Positions 38,525-50,576 of a DNA stretch of 64,000 nt are shown piece by piece. Source of the DNA: an uncultured Spirochaetota bacterium (GTDB lineage Bacteria > Spirochaetota > UBA4802 > UBA5550). The stretch is from assembly GCA_963827275.1 (NCBI GenBank), contig CAWHAA010000002.1:1-64000 (forward strand), read 5' to 3'. Made by a program: the position numbers and the translations under genes. Each line of letters opens with the position of its first letter. Positions within the stretch are counted from its first letter, which is position 1. The notes below the pieces were generated by a model. That model was not told the DNA's origin. It did no database searches and saw only the letters and a program-made list of their open reading frames with translations.

Positions 38525-40423
38525 TCACCGTGTTTGAATATCAAATTGATAGTTTACGCCGCCGCTCTCCCCGCTCGTTTCGCGCGCCATATCAAACGCT
38601 TTCATCACGTCCTGTTTCGAATAGATGTCCCTCAGTATAAGCGGCGCGTTGAACAACTTGCCCGGCGGGATGACGGCCAGCAGCGGTATCGACTTGCTCT
38701 GGAAGAGCGCCATAAGCCTCTCAGCAGCGGGATTTTTCACTGTAATATCCGCCACCATGAAATCAACATCGCGCCGTGAAAGCTCCGCGGCAACCGGTCC
38801 CGACTGAAGCGTGACTTTTTCCACAAGCCTGCAGTTTGGACACCAGTCGGCGGTAAACTCGATGACGGATATTTTTCCCGCGTCCCTGTTGGCGATCAGC
38901 CGCTGTATGCTGAACACTCCGGCGGCGCTCCGCCCGGCCGGCGTTTCTTCAGTGTAGAGGTAGTGAAATGACAGGGCATAGCCGCCTATGATAAGCAGGA
39001 GCAGCACGATTGCTGAAGCGGCCCTCTTCGCCGCAGGCTGAAAAATCGCGCCATACCTGCCGTACTGCCACAAGCCGACCGAAATAAAGCCGAGAAATGC
39101 CACCATCGGCAGCACCGCCGCGCTGTCGAGGACCCCGAGCAGGTAGATGACCGTGAAGACGAGGAAAAAACCCATTACCCGTTCGAAGGTGACCAGCCAT
39201 TCGCCCGGTTTCGGCACATATTTCAACAGGCCGGGGCGGGCCGTCAGGAGCAGGTAGGGCAGCGCCATGCCGAGGCCAATGCTGATGAATACCGTCACAA
39301 TCACCGGCGCCGGCTGCGCCAGGGTCCATGCAAGGGTCGCCCCGAGGAACGGGCCGCTGCAAGGGGTCGCCAGCAGGGTGGCAAGCAGGCCCTTGACATA
39401 CGCATCGGCATAGCGGTTCCCTTTCTCCAGCGAGGCCCTTCCGGCAAAGGCGGGGGCGCTGATTGTAAATACGCCGAACATTGACAGCGCCAGGGCAAAC
39501 ACGATCCCGGTCATGACAACAAGGAACAGGCGGTGCTGGAACAGCCCGCCCCAGTTGTATCCGAAAAAAGCGGCCAGGGCGGCCAGGGCGGCAAAGCTGG
39601 TGATGATGCCGAGAGAAAAGAGGAGCCCGAGCAGGAAGAGTTCTTTCCTGCTTTTATCCGCGTGCTGCACGAAACTCAGCACCTTGAGACTCACCACCGG
39701 GAGGACGCAGGGCATGAAGTTCAACAAGAAGCCGGCGATGAGCCCGAACAGAATCGCCTGGATGATGCCCGAAACCCCGCGTTCGATGAAGCGCGGTGAA
39801 AATTCGAGGCCCTCGGGAACGGCCCCGCCGCCCGCCGCAGAAGAGGCTGACGTTTCGCCCGCACCCTGTTTCATGCCCGGGGCCGCTGACCGCGTGTACT
39901 CAGAGCTGATGTCCTTGTCATGTTCCGTTGCCGTGTGGCCGGCGTCGAGGACCCGCACCGGGTATTTGAATCGGAACACCCTCGGGGCGCAGTACGAGGA
40001 CCCGGCGCTGTCGCTGCACAGCAGGGAATCAAACGTTATATCGGCATGATACAGGCCGGGCCGCACGCGCTCGCTTACTTTGAAAGGAAGAAATATCTTT
40101 GTCTCACCCTCATATCCCCAGGTATATTCCTTCTCGCCGGAGAAAAAAAATTTTTTCGGCGGCAAGAAACGCTGTTCTTCGAAGACGATGCCGTCAATTT
40201 TTTTTACACTGACCTCGGTCGGCTTCCCTGTCCCGGGGCCCTTCGGGTTCCCGTAGATATGGGTGCGGGGCGGCAGCTCCACCTTGAGGACGATAACCTG
40301 CTCCCCGCCGCGAGCAACCGCGATCTCGCCCGGTACGGGATAGACGCTCATCTCGCGGTAGTCATTGCGCGTGCAGGATGACACGGCGGCAACCAGCAGC
40401 AGCAGTGTAATCATTTTTTTCAT
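38525..40423 (-). CDS. dsbD: Thiol:disulfide interchange protein DsbD family
   Basis: NFMPCVLPV; ATPCSGPFL; thioredoxin FTADWCPNC. Confidence 0.88.
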   Translation of the reverse strand: MKKMITLLLLVAAVSSCTRNDYREMSVYPVPGEIAVARGGEQVIVLKVELPPRTHIYGNPKGPGTGKPTEVSVKKIDGIVFEEQRFLPPKKFFFSGEKEYTWGYEGETKIFLPFKVSERVRPGLYHADITFDSLLCSDSAGSSYCAPRVFRFKYPVRVLDAGHTATEHDKDISSEYTRSAAPGMKQGAGETSASSAAGGGAVPEGLEFSPRFIERGVSGIIQAILFGLIAGFLLNFMPCVLPVVSLKVLSFVQHADKSRKELFLLGLLFSLGIITSFAALAALAAFFGYNWGGLFQHRLFLVVMTGIVFALALSMFGVFTISAPAFAGRASLEKGNRYADAYVKGLLATLLATPCSGPFLGATLAWTLAQPAPVIVTVFISIGLGMALPYLLLTARPGLLKYVPKPGEWLVTFERVMGFFLVFTVIYLLGVLDSAAVLPMVAFLGFISVGLWQYGRYGAIFQPAAKRAASAIVLLLLIIGGYALSFHYLYTEETPAGRSAAGVFSIQRLIANRDAGKISVIEFTADWCPNCRLVEKVTLQSGPVAAELSRRDVDFMVADITVKNPAAERLMALFQSKSIPLLAVIPPGKLFNAPLILRDIYSKQDVMKAFDMARETSGESGGVNYQFDIQTR

Positions 40424-40507
40424 GTCAGGACCCCTCCCGTAAAGCTGTACGCGTCCGGCCGCAGACGGCAGCCGGCCCGCGCGTTACACCGCGCCTCATG
40501 AGCCGAC

Positions 40508-41947
40508 TTAATCAGGCGCGCCCTTCACTGATTTCATTTTTCGATAGTAATATATCATCCCGGAAGACATCAGCGCCAGTCCCAGCATCGACGGTAAAAA
40601 TGCAGTTATCAATGTAACCACAAGATATGCGGCGAGCAGGACCAGCACGATCACTATGCTGTACGGATAGAGCCAGGCCCTGTAGGGACGGCGGACGTCC
40701 GGATAGCGCTTCCTGAACAGGAAGATCGAATATATGGTCATAATGTTGAAGATGGTCCCCGTGGCGGAAAAAAAGGCGATGATCGTTTCGTATGACGTCC
40801 CCGACGGTATGTCGAACAGGCAGTAAACACAGAGCATCCCGAGCAGTATCACCGACGCCCAGGCGGCCTGGGCGATGAGGGCGTTGTTCGGTGTCCTGTA
40901 CTTTCCGTGGAGACGGCCGAGCCGGTCGAAGAAGAGCCCGTCCCGCGCCATTGCCTGCCAGGAGCGGGCCTTGACCAGTACCTGGGAACTGACGTTGCCG
41001 AAGGCCGAGATCATGACAGCGGCGGAAATCAGGATACCGCCCGCCCCGCCGATCGCGGCAGTCATGGCGTCCGCGGCAACACCTCGCGATTCAGCGATGG
41101 CGCGGACAGGCAGTTGGTAGAGATACGCGGCGTTGGTCCCGATATACAGGACCATCACGCCCGCTATCCCGAAGAAAAGGGAGAGGGGCAGGTTCCTCCG
41201 AGGATTTTTCACCTCCTCGGCGACATAGGTGGCCCCCTCCCACCCGCTGAAGGCGAAAAACGAGAGCCTGAGCGCCGCCCCCACCGCCAGCACGGTTGCC
41301 CATGAAAACTGCGTCGGCAGGAAAGGGTCGGTAAAATGGCCGAAGCTCCCTCCGGCGGTGAAGGATATTCCGATGATGATGCCGATCGCGGCGACCTTCG
41401 CGATGCTGAAGGCATTCTGGAACACGCCGCTCAGGAAGACGCCGAAAAGGTTTATGGCGGTGAGGACCCAGATGATCGAGACGGCTATCAGGATCTCGGA
41501 CACGTGGCTGAACGGAGTGCCGTAAAAGATCTTCCAGATTTCATTGCCGTATTCCGCGAACACGAGCGCCACTGCCGCTATCGCGCCAGTCTCGGACACG
41601 AAGAACATGGCCCACCCGCGCAGGAACGCCACCACCGGGCCATAGGCCGTTTTCAGGTATACGTACGGTCCGCCGGAGCGCGGCATCATCGCCACCAGCT
41701 CCGCGTAACACACCGCGTGAAATATTGTCACGATGCCGCCGATTATCCACACGAGCCCGAACAGCGAGGTGCATGACACCAGCGCCATGATGGGGCCGGG
41801 CGTTCTGAAAATTCCCGATCCGATGATCCGTCCGACGACGATCGACACCGACTCGAACAGGCCGAGGTCGCGCCGGTAGTCGGTGCGCTCTTCGAAAATC
41901 GATATGTCAGAAGCGGCCTTGTGCTCCATCAGTCCGGGTTCCACCAT
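40508..41947 (-). CDS. APC family amino acid permease
   Basis: IIGSGIF; GGPYVYL; FSGWE; AEEVKNPRRNLP. Confidence 0.9.
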   Translation of the reverse strand: MVEPGLMEHKAASDISIFEERTDYRRDLGLFESVSIVVGRIIGSGIFRTPGPIMALVSCTSLFGLVWIIGGIVTIFHAVCYAELVAMMPRSGGPYVYLKTAYGPVVAFLRGWAMFFVSETGAIAAVALVFAEYGNEIWKIFYGTPFSHVSEILIAVSIIWVLTAINLFGVFLSGVFQNAFSIAKVAAIGIIIGISFTAGGSFGHFTDPFLPTQFSWATVLAVGAALRLSFFAFSGWEGATYVAEEVKNPRRNLPLSLFFGIAGVMVLYIGTNAAYLYQLPVRAIAESRGVAADAMTAAIGGAGGILISAAVMISAFGNVSSQVLVKARSWQAMARDGLFFDRLGRLHGKYRTPNNALIAQAAWASVILLGMLCVYCLFDIPSGTSYETIIAFFSATGTIFNIMTIYSIFLFRKRYPDVRRPYRAWLYPYSIVIVLVLLAAYLVVTLITAFLPSMLGLALMSSGMIYYYRKMKSVKGAPD

Positions 41948-41964
41948 GGGGGATATGAGGCGCG

Positions 41965-42471
41965 TTACTTGATCTTTACCGAGAGGATCTCGCCGATATA
42001 CATGCGGTGGTAATCCCGCTGCTGATAGTTGTCAGAAATTGACGGGTCAATGAAATTGTTCGGATTGAGGTCCTGGTAATAGATTGTTTTACACTCAATG
42101 ACGATCCGCGCTTCGGCGAAATACACGGCGTTGTTCGCGGTCCGTACCGGCGTGATGCCGGTTTCCGCGGCCTTGTTGACGTCGCGGCCCGAACGCGCAC
42201 CGCAGAATTTCAGCACATCGCGGTATTTTTCATGAAAAAACGACAGGGTGAAAAAATCATTTTTTTCAAGGAAGGTGTAGGTATGGCGCTGCGGCCTGAC
42301 GACGATGAAGCAGACATTTCTGTTCCACAGCACGCCCATGCCGCCCCACGACGCGGTCATCGTGTTATAGGCATCGATGGTGCCCGCAGTGATGAGCATC
42401 CAGTCCTTGCCGAGGAGCTGGAACACGTTTTCATTCAGCTTTTCCGGCCGGATTTCGTAGAGATCCTGCAT
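41965..42471 (-). CDS. Flavin reductase-like (flavoredoxin) protein
   Basis: WMLITAG..NTMTASWG..VRPQRHT..SGRDVNK..HRMYIGEI. Confidence 0.85.
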   Translation of the reverse strand: MQDLYEIRPEKLNENVFQLLGKDWMLITAGTIDAYNTMTASWGGMGVLWNRNVCFIVVRPQRHTYTFLEKNDFFTLSFFHEKYRDVLKFCGARSGRDVNKAAETGITPVRTANNAVYFAEARIVIECKTIYYQDLNPNNFIDPSISDNYQQRDYHRMYIGEILSVKIK

Positions 42472-42485
42472 CGTGCCGCCTCCCG

Positions 42486-43352
42486 TCATTCCGTCATGAT
42501 TTCAGCGCCTGTTTCCGTGACCAGGATCGTGTGCTCCCACTGCGCCGAGAGCTTGCCGTCAATGGTCACCGCGGTCCAGGAATCAGGCATGAGCCTGGTC
42601 TCGAACCGCCCCTGGTTGATCATGGGCTCGATAGTGAACACCATCCCCGGCATCATCATGATGCCCCGCTTTCTGCTCCCGTAGTGATGGACATGGGGCT
42701 CTTCATGGAACCTGATCCCGATGCCGTGACCGCCGTAATCGCGAACGACTGAAAACCCGTTTTTCACGGCATGCTGCTCGATGGCGTAGCCGATCTCCCC
42801 GAAATCGCGGTACGGCATTACCTGGTCAATGCCGATATCAAGGCACTCGCGCGCCACCTGGACAAGGCGCCGGGCCTCGGCGGACACGTCGCCGATCATG
42901 AACATTTTTCCCGCGTCGCCGTAGTAGCCGTCAAGGATGGTGGTGACGTCCACGTTCAGAATGTCCCCCTCGCGTATTACCGTGGCGTCCGGGATGCCGT
43001 GGCAGATGACATTGTTCAGCGAGACGCACACGCTTTTCGGGTACCCGTTGTAATTGAGGGGCGCCGGGACCGCCCCGCGGCTCACGATATATTCATGCAC
43101 CCATTCGTTGATGGTGTCCGTCGCGATCCCCGGCCGCATCCGCTCCGATACCATGGCAAGGACGTCCCGGGTAAGCCTGCTGCTTTTCCGAATGCCTTCG
43201 ATCTGGGACGCGGTCTTGATAATGACGCCGGGAGGAGCAGCGATCCGCTCCTTTGTAACAGTACCGCCCGCGATATCCGAATCGAGGTGGCATTTTTTAT
43301 ATTTTTTCCCGCTGCCGCACCAGCAGAGATCGTTTCTCGCGATTTTTTTCAT
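42486..43352 (-). CDS. map: Methionine aminopeptidase type I with N-terminal SEC-C motif
   Basis: RNDLCWCGSGKKYKKCH; CHGIP; GHGIG..FHEEP; FTIEPMIN; SAQWEHT. Confidence 0.95.
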   Translation of the reverse strand: MKKIARNDLCWCGSGKKYKKCHLDSDIAGGTVTKERIAAPPGVIIKTASQIEGIRKSSRLTRDVLAMVSERMRPGIATDTINEWVHEYIVSRGAVPAPLNYNGYPKSVCVSLNNVICHGIPDATVIREGDILNVDVTTILDGYYGDAGKMFMIGDVSAEARRLVQVARECLDIGIDQVMPYRDFGEIGYAIEQHAVKNGFSVVRDYGGHGIGIRFHEEPHVHHYGSRKRGIMMMPGMVFTIEPMINQGRFETRLMPDSWTAVTIDGKLSAQWEHTILVTETGAEIMTE

Positions 43353-43507
43353 TCAATTTTCCGTGCCCGCACTACCGATACGGCTATCTGTTATGATATG
43401 CCATGTGCGGATCAACATCAATGTTCTTTAACGAAAAAATAAATCCCGTCAAGCAGGAAAATCATTTTTGATGAGACCCGCCGGCCGCCGCCTTCGGCGC
43501 TGTGATG

Positions 43508-43542
43508 AAAAAAAGGGTGATTCGATTTTCGAATCACCCTTT
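43508..43542 (-). terminator. Intrinsic terminator of the tRNA pair
   Basis: Inverted repeat AAAGGGTGATTCG / CGAATCACCCTTT with a U-tract on the minus strand. Confidence 0.8.
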
Positions 43543-43548
43543 CGAATG

Positions 43549-43621
<73 letters not shown>

Positions 43622-43637
43622 ATATGTTATAGTGTAT

Positions 43638-43710
43638 TGAGACGCCCGAGAATTGAACTCGGGACCCACTGCTTAAAAGGCAGTTGCTCTACCGACTGAG
43701 CTAGCGTCTC
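43638..43710 (-). tRNA. tRNA-Lys (TTT)
   Basis: GAGACGCTAGCTCAGTCGGTAGAGC..ACTGC-CTTTTAA-GCAGT..GTTCAATT; CCA not encoded. Confidence 0.95.
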
Positions 43711-43795
43711 AAAATATAAAAATACCAGATACTGAAATGCACAGTAACTGTCAATAAAAATTAATTATTTCATGTTAAAAATCAATACGCGGCGG

Positions 43796-45157
<1,362 letters not shown>

Positions 45158-45264
45158 TTAGACTGACATGATAGAATATCATAAATAAAAATAACAAGCC
45201 TTTTTCATGGCAACAGCATTAATTATACAGGAAGCGTCTTCATGCTCATGACACGGTGCACGCA

Positions 45265-45684
45265 ATGAACAACCTCATACGATTCGGCGTTTCAATCGAC
45301 CAGAAGCTCCTCAAGCAGTTCGATTCCATCATCACGGAGAAAGGATACGTCAACCGATCGGAAGCGATACGCGACCTGATACGCGACATGCTTGTGTCAG
45401 AAGACATCGCCAATCCCGATGCGGAATCGATCGGCACCCTGACCCTGGTATACAGCCATGACGTGCGCGAATTGTCCGAAAAGCTGAATGAAATACAGCA
45501 CCACAATCATAAAATCATCGTATCAACGACACACATCCACCTGGATGAGCACAACTGCCTTGAGGTACTGATACTCAGGGGCAAAACAAAAGACGTGTCG
45601 CTTATAGCCGACCGGCTCCTGTCGGTAAAAAATGTGCGCCATGGAAAGCTTTCCATCACCTCGGCGGCAAAAAATATCAGGTAA
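45265..45684 (+). CDS. nikR: Nickel-responsive transcriptional regulator
   Basis: RFGVSI; NRSEAIRDLIR; QH; HIHLDEHNCLE. Confidence 0.92.
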   Translation: MNNLIRFGVSIDQKLLKQFDSIITEKGYVNRSEAIRDLIRDMLVSEDIANPDAESIGTLTLVYSHDVRELSEKLNEIQHHNHKIIVSTTHIHLDEHNCLEVLILRGKTKDVSLIADRLLSVKNVRHGKLSITSAAKNIR

Positions 45685-45767
45685 AAAAGGTTAAATTCTC
45701 ACCCCGCGCCGCCCGATACTATGAGTAGGCTTCTTTTGCCCATGAGGGGCAAATACGGGAAAAAGGG

Positions 45768-46637
45768 ATGTTTACCGTGCATAACAGGGATGTTTGCAGT
45801 CTCATATCCATTGCTGTCTTTTTTTGTCTTGTCTCCCCCAGCACTCTGCCCGCGCAAACCGGCGACATAATCATTCCGGAGAGAACAGCCTATATCGCCA
45901 GGGTTACCACGCGCCCGGACTCATATGAGAACTACAGGGCAAAAAAGAACATTCAGGCACGCAGGCCTTCAGGGCAGCAAAAAAAACGATCATCGTTTAT
46001 TAAAATCCGGAAAAACACCAACATTGAATCAGGAAAAAAGAATACCGTGAAGAAAGCTTTAAAAATTCATACGGTCAGGCCCGGGGACACCCTCACCGGC
46101 ATAGCCCGTAAAACGGGCACAACCGTTGAAGCATTAATCGCATGCAATAAGCTGAAAAATAAAAATGCAATTAACATCGGCATGTCATTGAAAGTCCCCG
46201 CCGCGTTACGCAGGACCCCGTCTCCACCTGTTTCGAAGAGATATCCTGGGAAGAGCGCGAAAACAAACAATTCGCCGCACTTCCGGTGGCCGATCAGCAG
46301 CGTAATCAACTATCACAATGACGGCCGGGACGGGGTAAAACCTATTGGAATAATCATTACGGGGAAAAAAGGGTCGCCTGTCCTTTCATCCGCCCCGGGC
46401 ACGGTAAAAAAAATCGGCTCGATGAGAGGATTCGGCAACTATATTGTCATCGCCCACAAGGGGCGATATTCTACTGTGTATGCGAACCTTGACCGGATAT
46501 CCGTTGCAAGCGGAGACAGGGTCGCCGCCGGCAATACGATCGGACGGATTAATTCCTCCAATCAAAAACTCCATTTCCAGATAGATTTGGAAGGAAAACC
46601 GGAAAATCCGTTAAAATATCTCCCGGGCAATATTTAA
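45768..46637 (+). CDS. LysM / M23-peptidase-like cell wall protein (NlpD-like)
   Basis: LysM HTVRPGDTLTGIA; M23-like WPI...GNYIVIAH...LHFQI; the HxxxD and HxH Zn ligands look degenerate. Confidence 0.8.
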   Translation: MFTVHNRDVCSLISIAVFFCLVSPSTLPAQTGDIIIPERTAYIARVTTRPDSYENYRAKKNIQARRPSGQQKKRSSFIKIRKNTNIESGKKNTVKKALKIHTVRPGDTLTGIARKTGTTVEALIACNKLKNKNAINIGMSLKVPAALRRTPSPPVSKRYPGKSAKTNNSPHFRWPISSVINYHNDGRDGVKPIGIIITGKKGSPVLSSAPGTVKKIGSMRGFGNYIVIAHKGRYSTVYANLDRISVASGDRVAAGNTIGRINSSNQKLHFQIDLEGKPENPLKYLPGNI

Positions 46638-46847
46638 TTTTTAATAATCATTAACACGTTCAAATGAACCATTTGTAAGATTTTATTATATCCCCCCACG
46701 TCCTGATACTATCGCATGTCATATAACCACGATTTGCATTATTATTTTGTTCAACATCAAAAATTGCTCTTTTTTTAATTGAAGAATTTTACCCCCCGGA
46801 ATTAATTGACTGACACCGTGTTTATAATTATTATTTGGATAGGACAT

Positions 46848-47132
46848 ATGGAACCGAAGAAAATCACCATAAAAGATCTGGGAACCGTTTACCGGGAGCT
46901 GCAAAAGGGCACCGAGAAGTCAATTGGCAATTATCTCTACAAGGGCCTGAGGATCCAGGTAAGCAAATACAAATCATCAGGGACAGAGCGGTACATGCGG
47001 CTGTACAACAAGCGGAGGGACGACGGACTGTGCATACGGTGCGGCGTCAAGGTCACCAAAAAAAATCCGCACACCGGGAAATTGTACCGGCTCTGTGAAT
47101 TTCACCGCGATATTACCGACCGGCGAAAGTAG
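46848..47132 (+). CDS. Small basic Zn-finger-like hypothetical protein
   Basis: RBS AGGA; CIRC...CEFH motif; Lys/Arg-rich. Confidence 0.7.
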   Translation: MEPKKITIKDLGTVYRELQKGTEKSIGNYLYKGLRIQVSKYKSSGTERYMRLYNKRRDDGLCIRCGVKVTKKNPHTGKLYRLCEFHRDITDRRK

Positions 47133-47228
47133 CGACCGGGAGGACCCGTCGGTTGCGGAACACCTGAGGATGCGGTTCCGGGATACACCTTACTCGTCTG
47201 CCCTTATGGGGAAGGGACAGGGCTGCGG

Positions 47229-48071
47229 TCAATCATTGAAATCCATCGACAGATCAAACGCTTTCACTGAATGCGTTAGCGAGCCCATGGATATATAATC
47301 GATAGCCAGTTCCCGCAACTCCCTGATCCGTTCCTCATTCATATTCCCGGACACCTCGATCCTGGCCTTTTTATCGATTATGCCAACTGCGTCTCTCATC
47401 ATCCCGGTGTTCATGTTATCGAGCATGATGATGTCAGCCCCGGCGGAAACGGCCTCCCTCACCTCGTCCAGGCATGTCGTTTCAACCTCCACGACATAGC
47501 GTGTTCCGTACTGCCCGCGCACCATGCCGACCGCGGTGCCGATGCTCCCGGCGGCCCTGATGTGATTGTCCTTGATCATGACCATGTCATAGAGCCCCAT
47601 GCGGTGATTTTCACCGCCGCCGGTCTTGACCGCATACTTGTCGAGGATGCGGAACCCCGGCAGTGTCTTGCGCGTGTCCAGCAGCTTGATCTTCGTCCCT
47701 GCCAGGAGCGAAACCGCCCGGGACGTCCCGGTCGCAATCCCGCTCATCCGCTGCAAAAAGTTCAGCATGATGCGTTCTCCCGCCAGCACGCTTATCGTCG
47801 GGCCCGACACCGTCATGACCCGGGCCCTGTCGCCGATGATATCACCGTCGCGGGCCATGGCAACGACGGCTACGCGGGAATCGATTATTTCATACACGTA
47901 ACGCGCCATGTCCGCGCCGCAGAAAATTCCCTGCTGCTTTGAGATGATCACCGCCCGCGAGGTATCCTCCGGTTTGAATATCGCGCGGGAGGTGACATCG
48001 CCGCCGGCGATGTCCTCCTTGACGGCAAGCCGTATCAGCGGTTCAACATCGGAAATTTGTATCCTGCCCAT
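47229..48071 (-). CDS. nadC: Nicotinate-nucleotide pyrophosphorylase (carboxylating)
   Basis: DTRKTLPG; NHRMGLYD; IKDNH; EVE; IMLDN; GSLTHS. Confidence 0.96.
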   Translation of the reverse strand: MGRIQISDVEPLIRLAVKEDIAGGDVTSRAIFKPEDTSRAVIISKQQGIFCGADMARYVYEIIDSRVAVVAMARDGDIIGDRARVMTVSGPTISVLAGERIMLNFLQRMSGIATGTSRAVSLLAGTKIKLLDTRKTLPGFRILDKYAVKTGGGENHRMGLYDMVMIKDNHIRAAGSIGTAVGMVRGQYGTRYVVEVETTCLDEVREAVSAGADIIMLDNMNTGMMRDAVGIIDKKARIEVSGNMNEERIRELRELAIDYISMGSLTHSVKAFDLSMDFND

Positions 48072-48171
48072 GACGCATCCCCGTGTAACATCGTATTTTT
48101 TTCACTGCATCACGCCGCAGCAGCGTGTCAACGTATTTTACGGATTTAACATCGCCGGCGCGTGACGGCGG

Positions 48172-50181
48172 TTATTTCCCGCTCTTTTTGATGAGTTCAA
48201 GCTTTTTCTCAATATCGAGCATCTGGTCCCTCATCACCGCCGCTTTTTCGAACTCGAGGTTGTCCGCCGCGCGGAGCATCTCTTCGTGGAGCCGGTCGCG
48301 GGCCTCCGCGAGCTTCACCGGGTCGCCGGAATGATAGGTCGCCCCGTAGTCGGCGACCAGGTCAGCGTACCTGCTTTCGTCCTGGTATTCCCGCTCGATG
48401 ATATCGACGATCTCCTTCCGGATCCCTGCAGGCGTGATGTTGTGCTCCTTGTTGTACTGCTCCTGGATGGCGCGGCGGCGGCTGGTCTCGTCGATCGTCT
48501 GCCGCATGGAGTCGGTCATGGTGTCGGCATACAGGATGACCGACCCGTTGATGTTCCGCGCGGCGCGTCCCGCCGTCTGTATGAGGGAGCGCGCCGACCG
48601 GAGGAAGCCCTCCTTGTCCGCGTCAAAGACCGCCACGAGCGAGACCTCGGGCAGGTCAAGTCCCTCGCGCAGAAGGTTGATCCCGACCAGGCAGTCGAAC
48701 TCGCCGCGCCTGAGGTCGCGGATGATCTCGACCCGCTCTATGGTATTGATCTCTGAATGGAGATACCGCGCCCTGATCCCCACCTCTTCGAAGTATTTCG
48801 TCAGGTCTTCCGCCATCTTTTTGGTGAGGGTGGTCACGAGCACCCGCTCATCCCGCCCTGCGCGTATATTGATCTCTTTTATGAGGTCGTCCACCTGGTC
48901 CCGGGCCGGGCGCACAACAATCACCGGATCAACAAGGCCGGTCGGCCTGATCACCTGCTCCACGACCCGCCCGCTTTTCGCCAGCTCGTATTCAGCCGGG
49001 GTTGCCGACACGAACACGACACGGTTGATCATCGCCTCAAATTCATCGAAATAGAGCGGCCGGTTGTCCAGTGCGGACGGCAGCCTGAACCCGAAATCGA
49101 CCAGGTTCTGCTTCCTGGCCCGGTCTCCCTCGTACATCCCGCGCACCTGGGGGATTGATACGTGGGATTCGTCGATGAACATGATGTAATCGCCCCTGAA
49201 ATAATCGAGCAGGCAGGCGGGGCGCTCGCCCGGCCTGCGGCGGGATATGATGCGCGAGTAATTTTCAATGCCGCTGCAGTATCCCATCTCGGCGAGCATC
49301 TCCATGTCGTAGCGGGTCCTGCTCTCCAGCCGCTGCGCCTCGACGAGTTTCCCCTTTGCGCGGAACTCCTCCAGGCGATGGCCCAGCTCCTCCTCGATCA
49401 TCCCGATCGTCTCCTTCATTGTCTCCATTGATGAAACGAAATGCTTGGCGGGGTAGATATAGCAGCTTTTCACCTTGCCGGTCGACGAGCCGGTAACGGG
49501 ATTGATGCGCGTGATGCCCTCTATCTGGTCCCCGAAAAATTCCACCCGGTAGGCTTCCCGCTGGAGGTATGCGGGAAAGATCTCCACCACGTCACCGCGG
49601 GCACGGAAGGTCCCCCGTATAAAGGATATATTGTTCCGGTCATAGTATATCGACACGAGCCTCCTGAGGAGGTCGTCGCGCTCCATGCGGTCTCCCACGT
49701 GGAGCCGTATCTGGGATCGGTCAAAGTCCTCCGGCGTCCCCAGGCCGTAGATGCACGACACGGAGGACACCACGATCACGTCACGGCGCTCCAGTATCGA
49801 CGAGGTCGCCTTCAGCCTGAGGCGGTCAATCTCGTCATTGATGGAGGCGTCCTTCTCAATATACAGATCGGAGGAGACGACGTAGGCTTCCGGCTGGTAA
49901 TAATCATAATAGGACACGAAATATTCCACCGCGTTTTCCGGGAAAAATTCTGAAAATTCGCGGTACAGCTGCGCCGCCAGGGTCTTGTTGTGGGTCAGCA
50001 CCAGCGTCGGCTTCCGCACCGCTTCGATGACCTTCGCCATGGTGAAGGTCTTCCCGGATCCGGTGACACCGAGCAGGGTCTGGAATTTTTCTCCGTTGCG
50101 CACGCCGTCGATCAGGCCCGCAATCGCGGTCTCCTGGTCCCCTGACGGCTTGAAGCGCGATACAACTTTGAATTCCGGCAT
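48172..50181 (-). CDS. uvrB: Excinuclease ABC subunit B
   Basis: [45 protein letters not shown] domain. Confidence 0.98.
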   Translation of the reverse strand: MPEFKVVSRFKPSGDQETAIAGLIDGVRNGEKFQTLLGVTGSGKTFTMAKVIEAVRKPTLVLTHNKTLAAQLYREFSEFFPENAVEYFVSYYDYYQPEAYVVSSDLYIEKDASINDEIDRLRLKATSSILERRDVIVVSSVSCIYGLGTPEDFDRSQIRLHVGDRMERDDLLRRLVSIYYDRNNISFIRGTFRARGDVVEIFPAYLQREAYRVEFFGDQIEGITRINPVTGSSTGKVKSCYIYPAKHFVSSMETMKETIGMIEEELGHRLEEFRAKGKLVEAQRLESRTRYDMEMLAEMGYCSGIENYSRIISRRRPGERPACLLDYFRGDYIMFIDESHVSIPQVRGMYEGDRARKQNLVDFGFRLPSALDNRPLYFDEFEAMINRVVFVSATPAEYELAKSGRVVEQVIRPTGLVDPVIVVRPARDQVDDLIKEINIRAGRDERVLVTTLTKKMAEDLTKYFEEVGIRARYLHSEINTIERVEIIRDLRRGEFDCLVGINLLREGLDLPEVSLVAVFDADKEGFLRSARSLIQTAGRAARNINGSVILYADTMTDSMRQTIDETSRRRAIQEQYNKEHNITPAGIRKEIVDIIEREYQDESRYADLVADYGATYHSGDPVKLAEARDRLHEEMLRAADNLEFEKAAVMRDQMLDIEKKLELIKKSGK

Positions 50182-50325
50182 AGTTTACACTCGGCAGTTT
50201 CCAGCACAACGGTAAATATCAGTCCCTGATTCATGTGAACCCGTTCCATGGATACAGTAAAGCAATTTTTTTCGACCCGATGGCTGCCCCCCGCGGGTCG
50301 TGTCATAGAGTCCCACTGCCATGCC

Positions 50326-50366
50326 GTGACATGGCCGCTGTCCGGCTGATGTAACATGGCCGTAAT
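50326..50366 (+). promoter_or_regulatory. Candidate GlnR-type boxes upstream of amtB
   Basis: Direct repeat GT(G/A)ACATGGCCG at 50326 and 50351; GTAAC-n6-GTAAT at 50351-50366; downstream TTGACA (50447), 18 nt, TATTAT. Confidence 0.45.
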
Positions 50367-50576
50367 ATTGACGCCCTTCATCATGGCGATCGTGTTGCAC
50401 GCATGTTAAATTAATCATCTATGCCATGATCTTCTCTTCACGCGTATTGACACCACGCCGGACTGATACATATTATGGATTTATTAAATGCAATTGCCAC
50501 GAAGACCGCGACGGCACGCGGTTTTGTACGGGATACCCCGGGGCGCTGCATAAAATGACAGAAGGAGGCAGCGAAC

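Noticed and set aside
45265..45684. nikR as part of a nickel uptake locus
   Set aside because: No nickel transporter, hydrogenase or urease genes are adjacent
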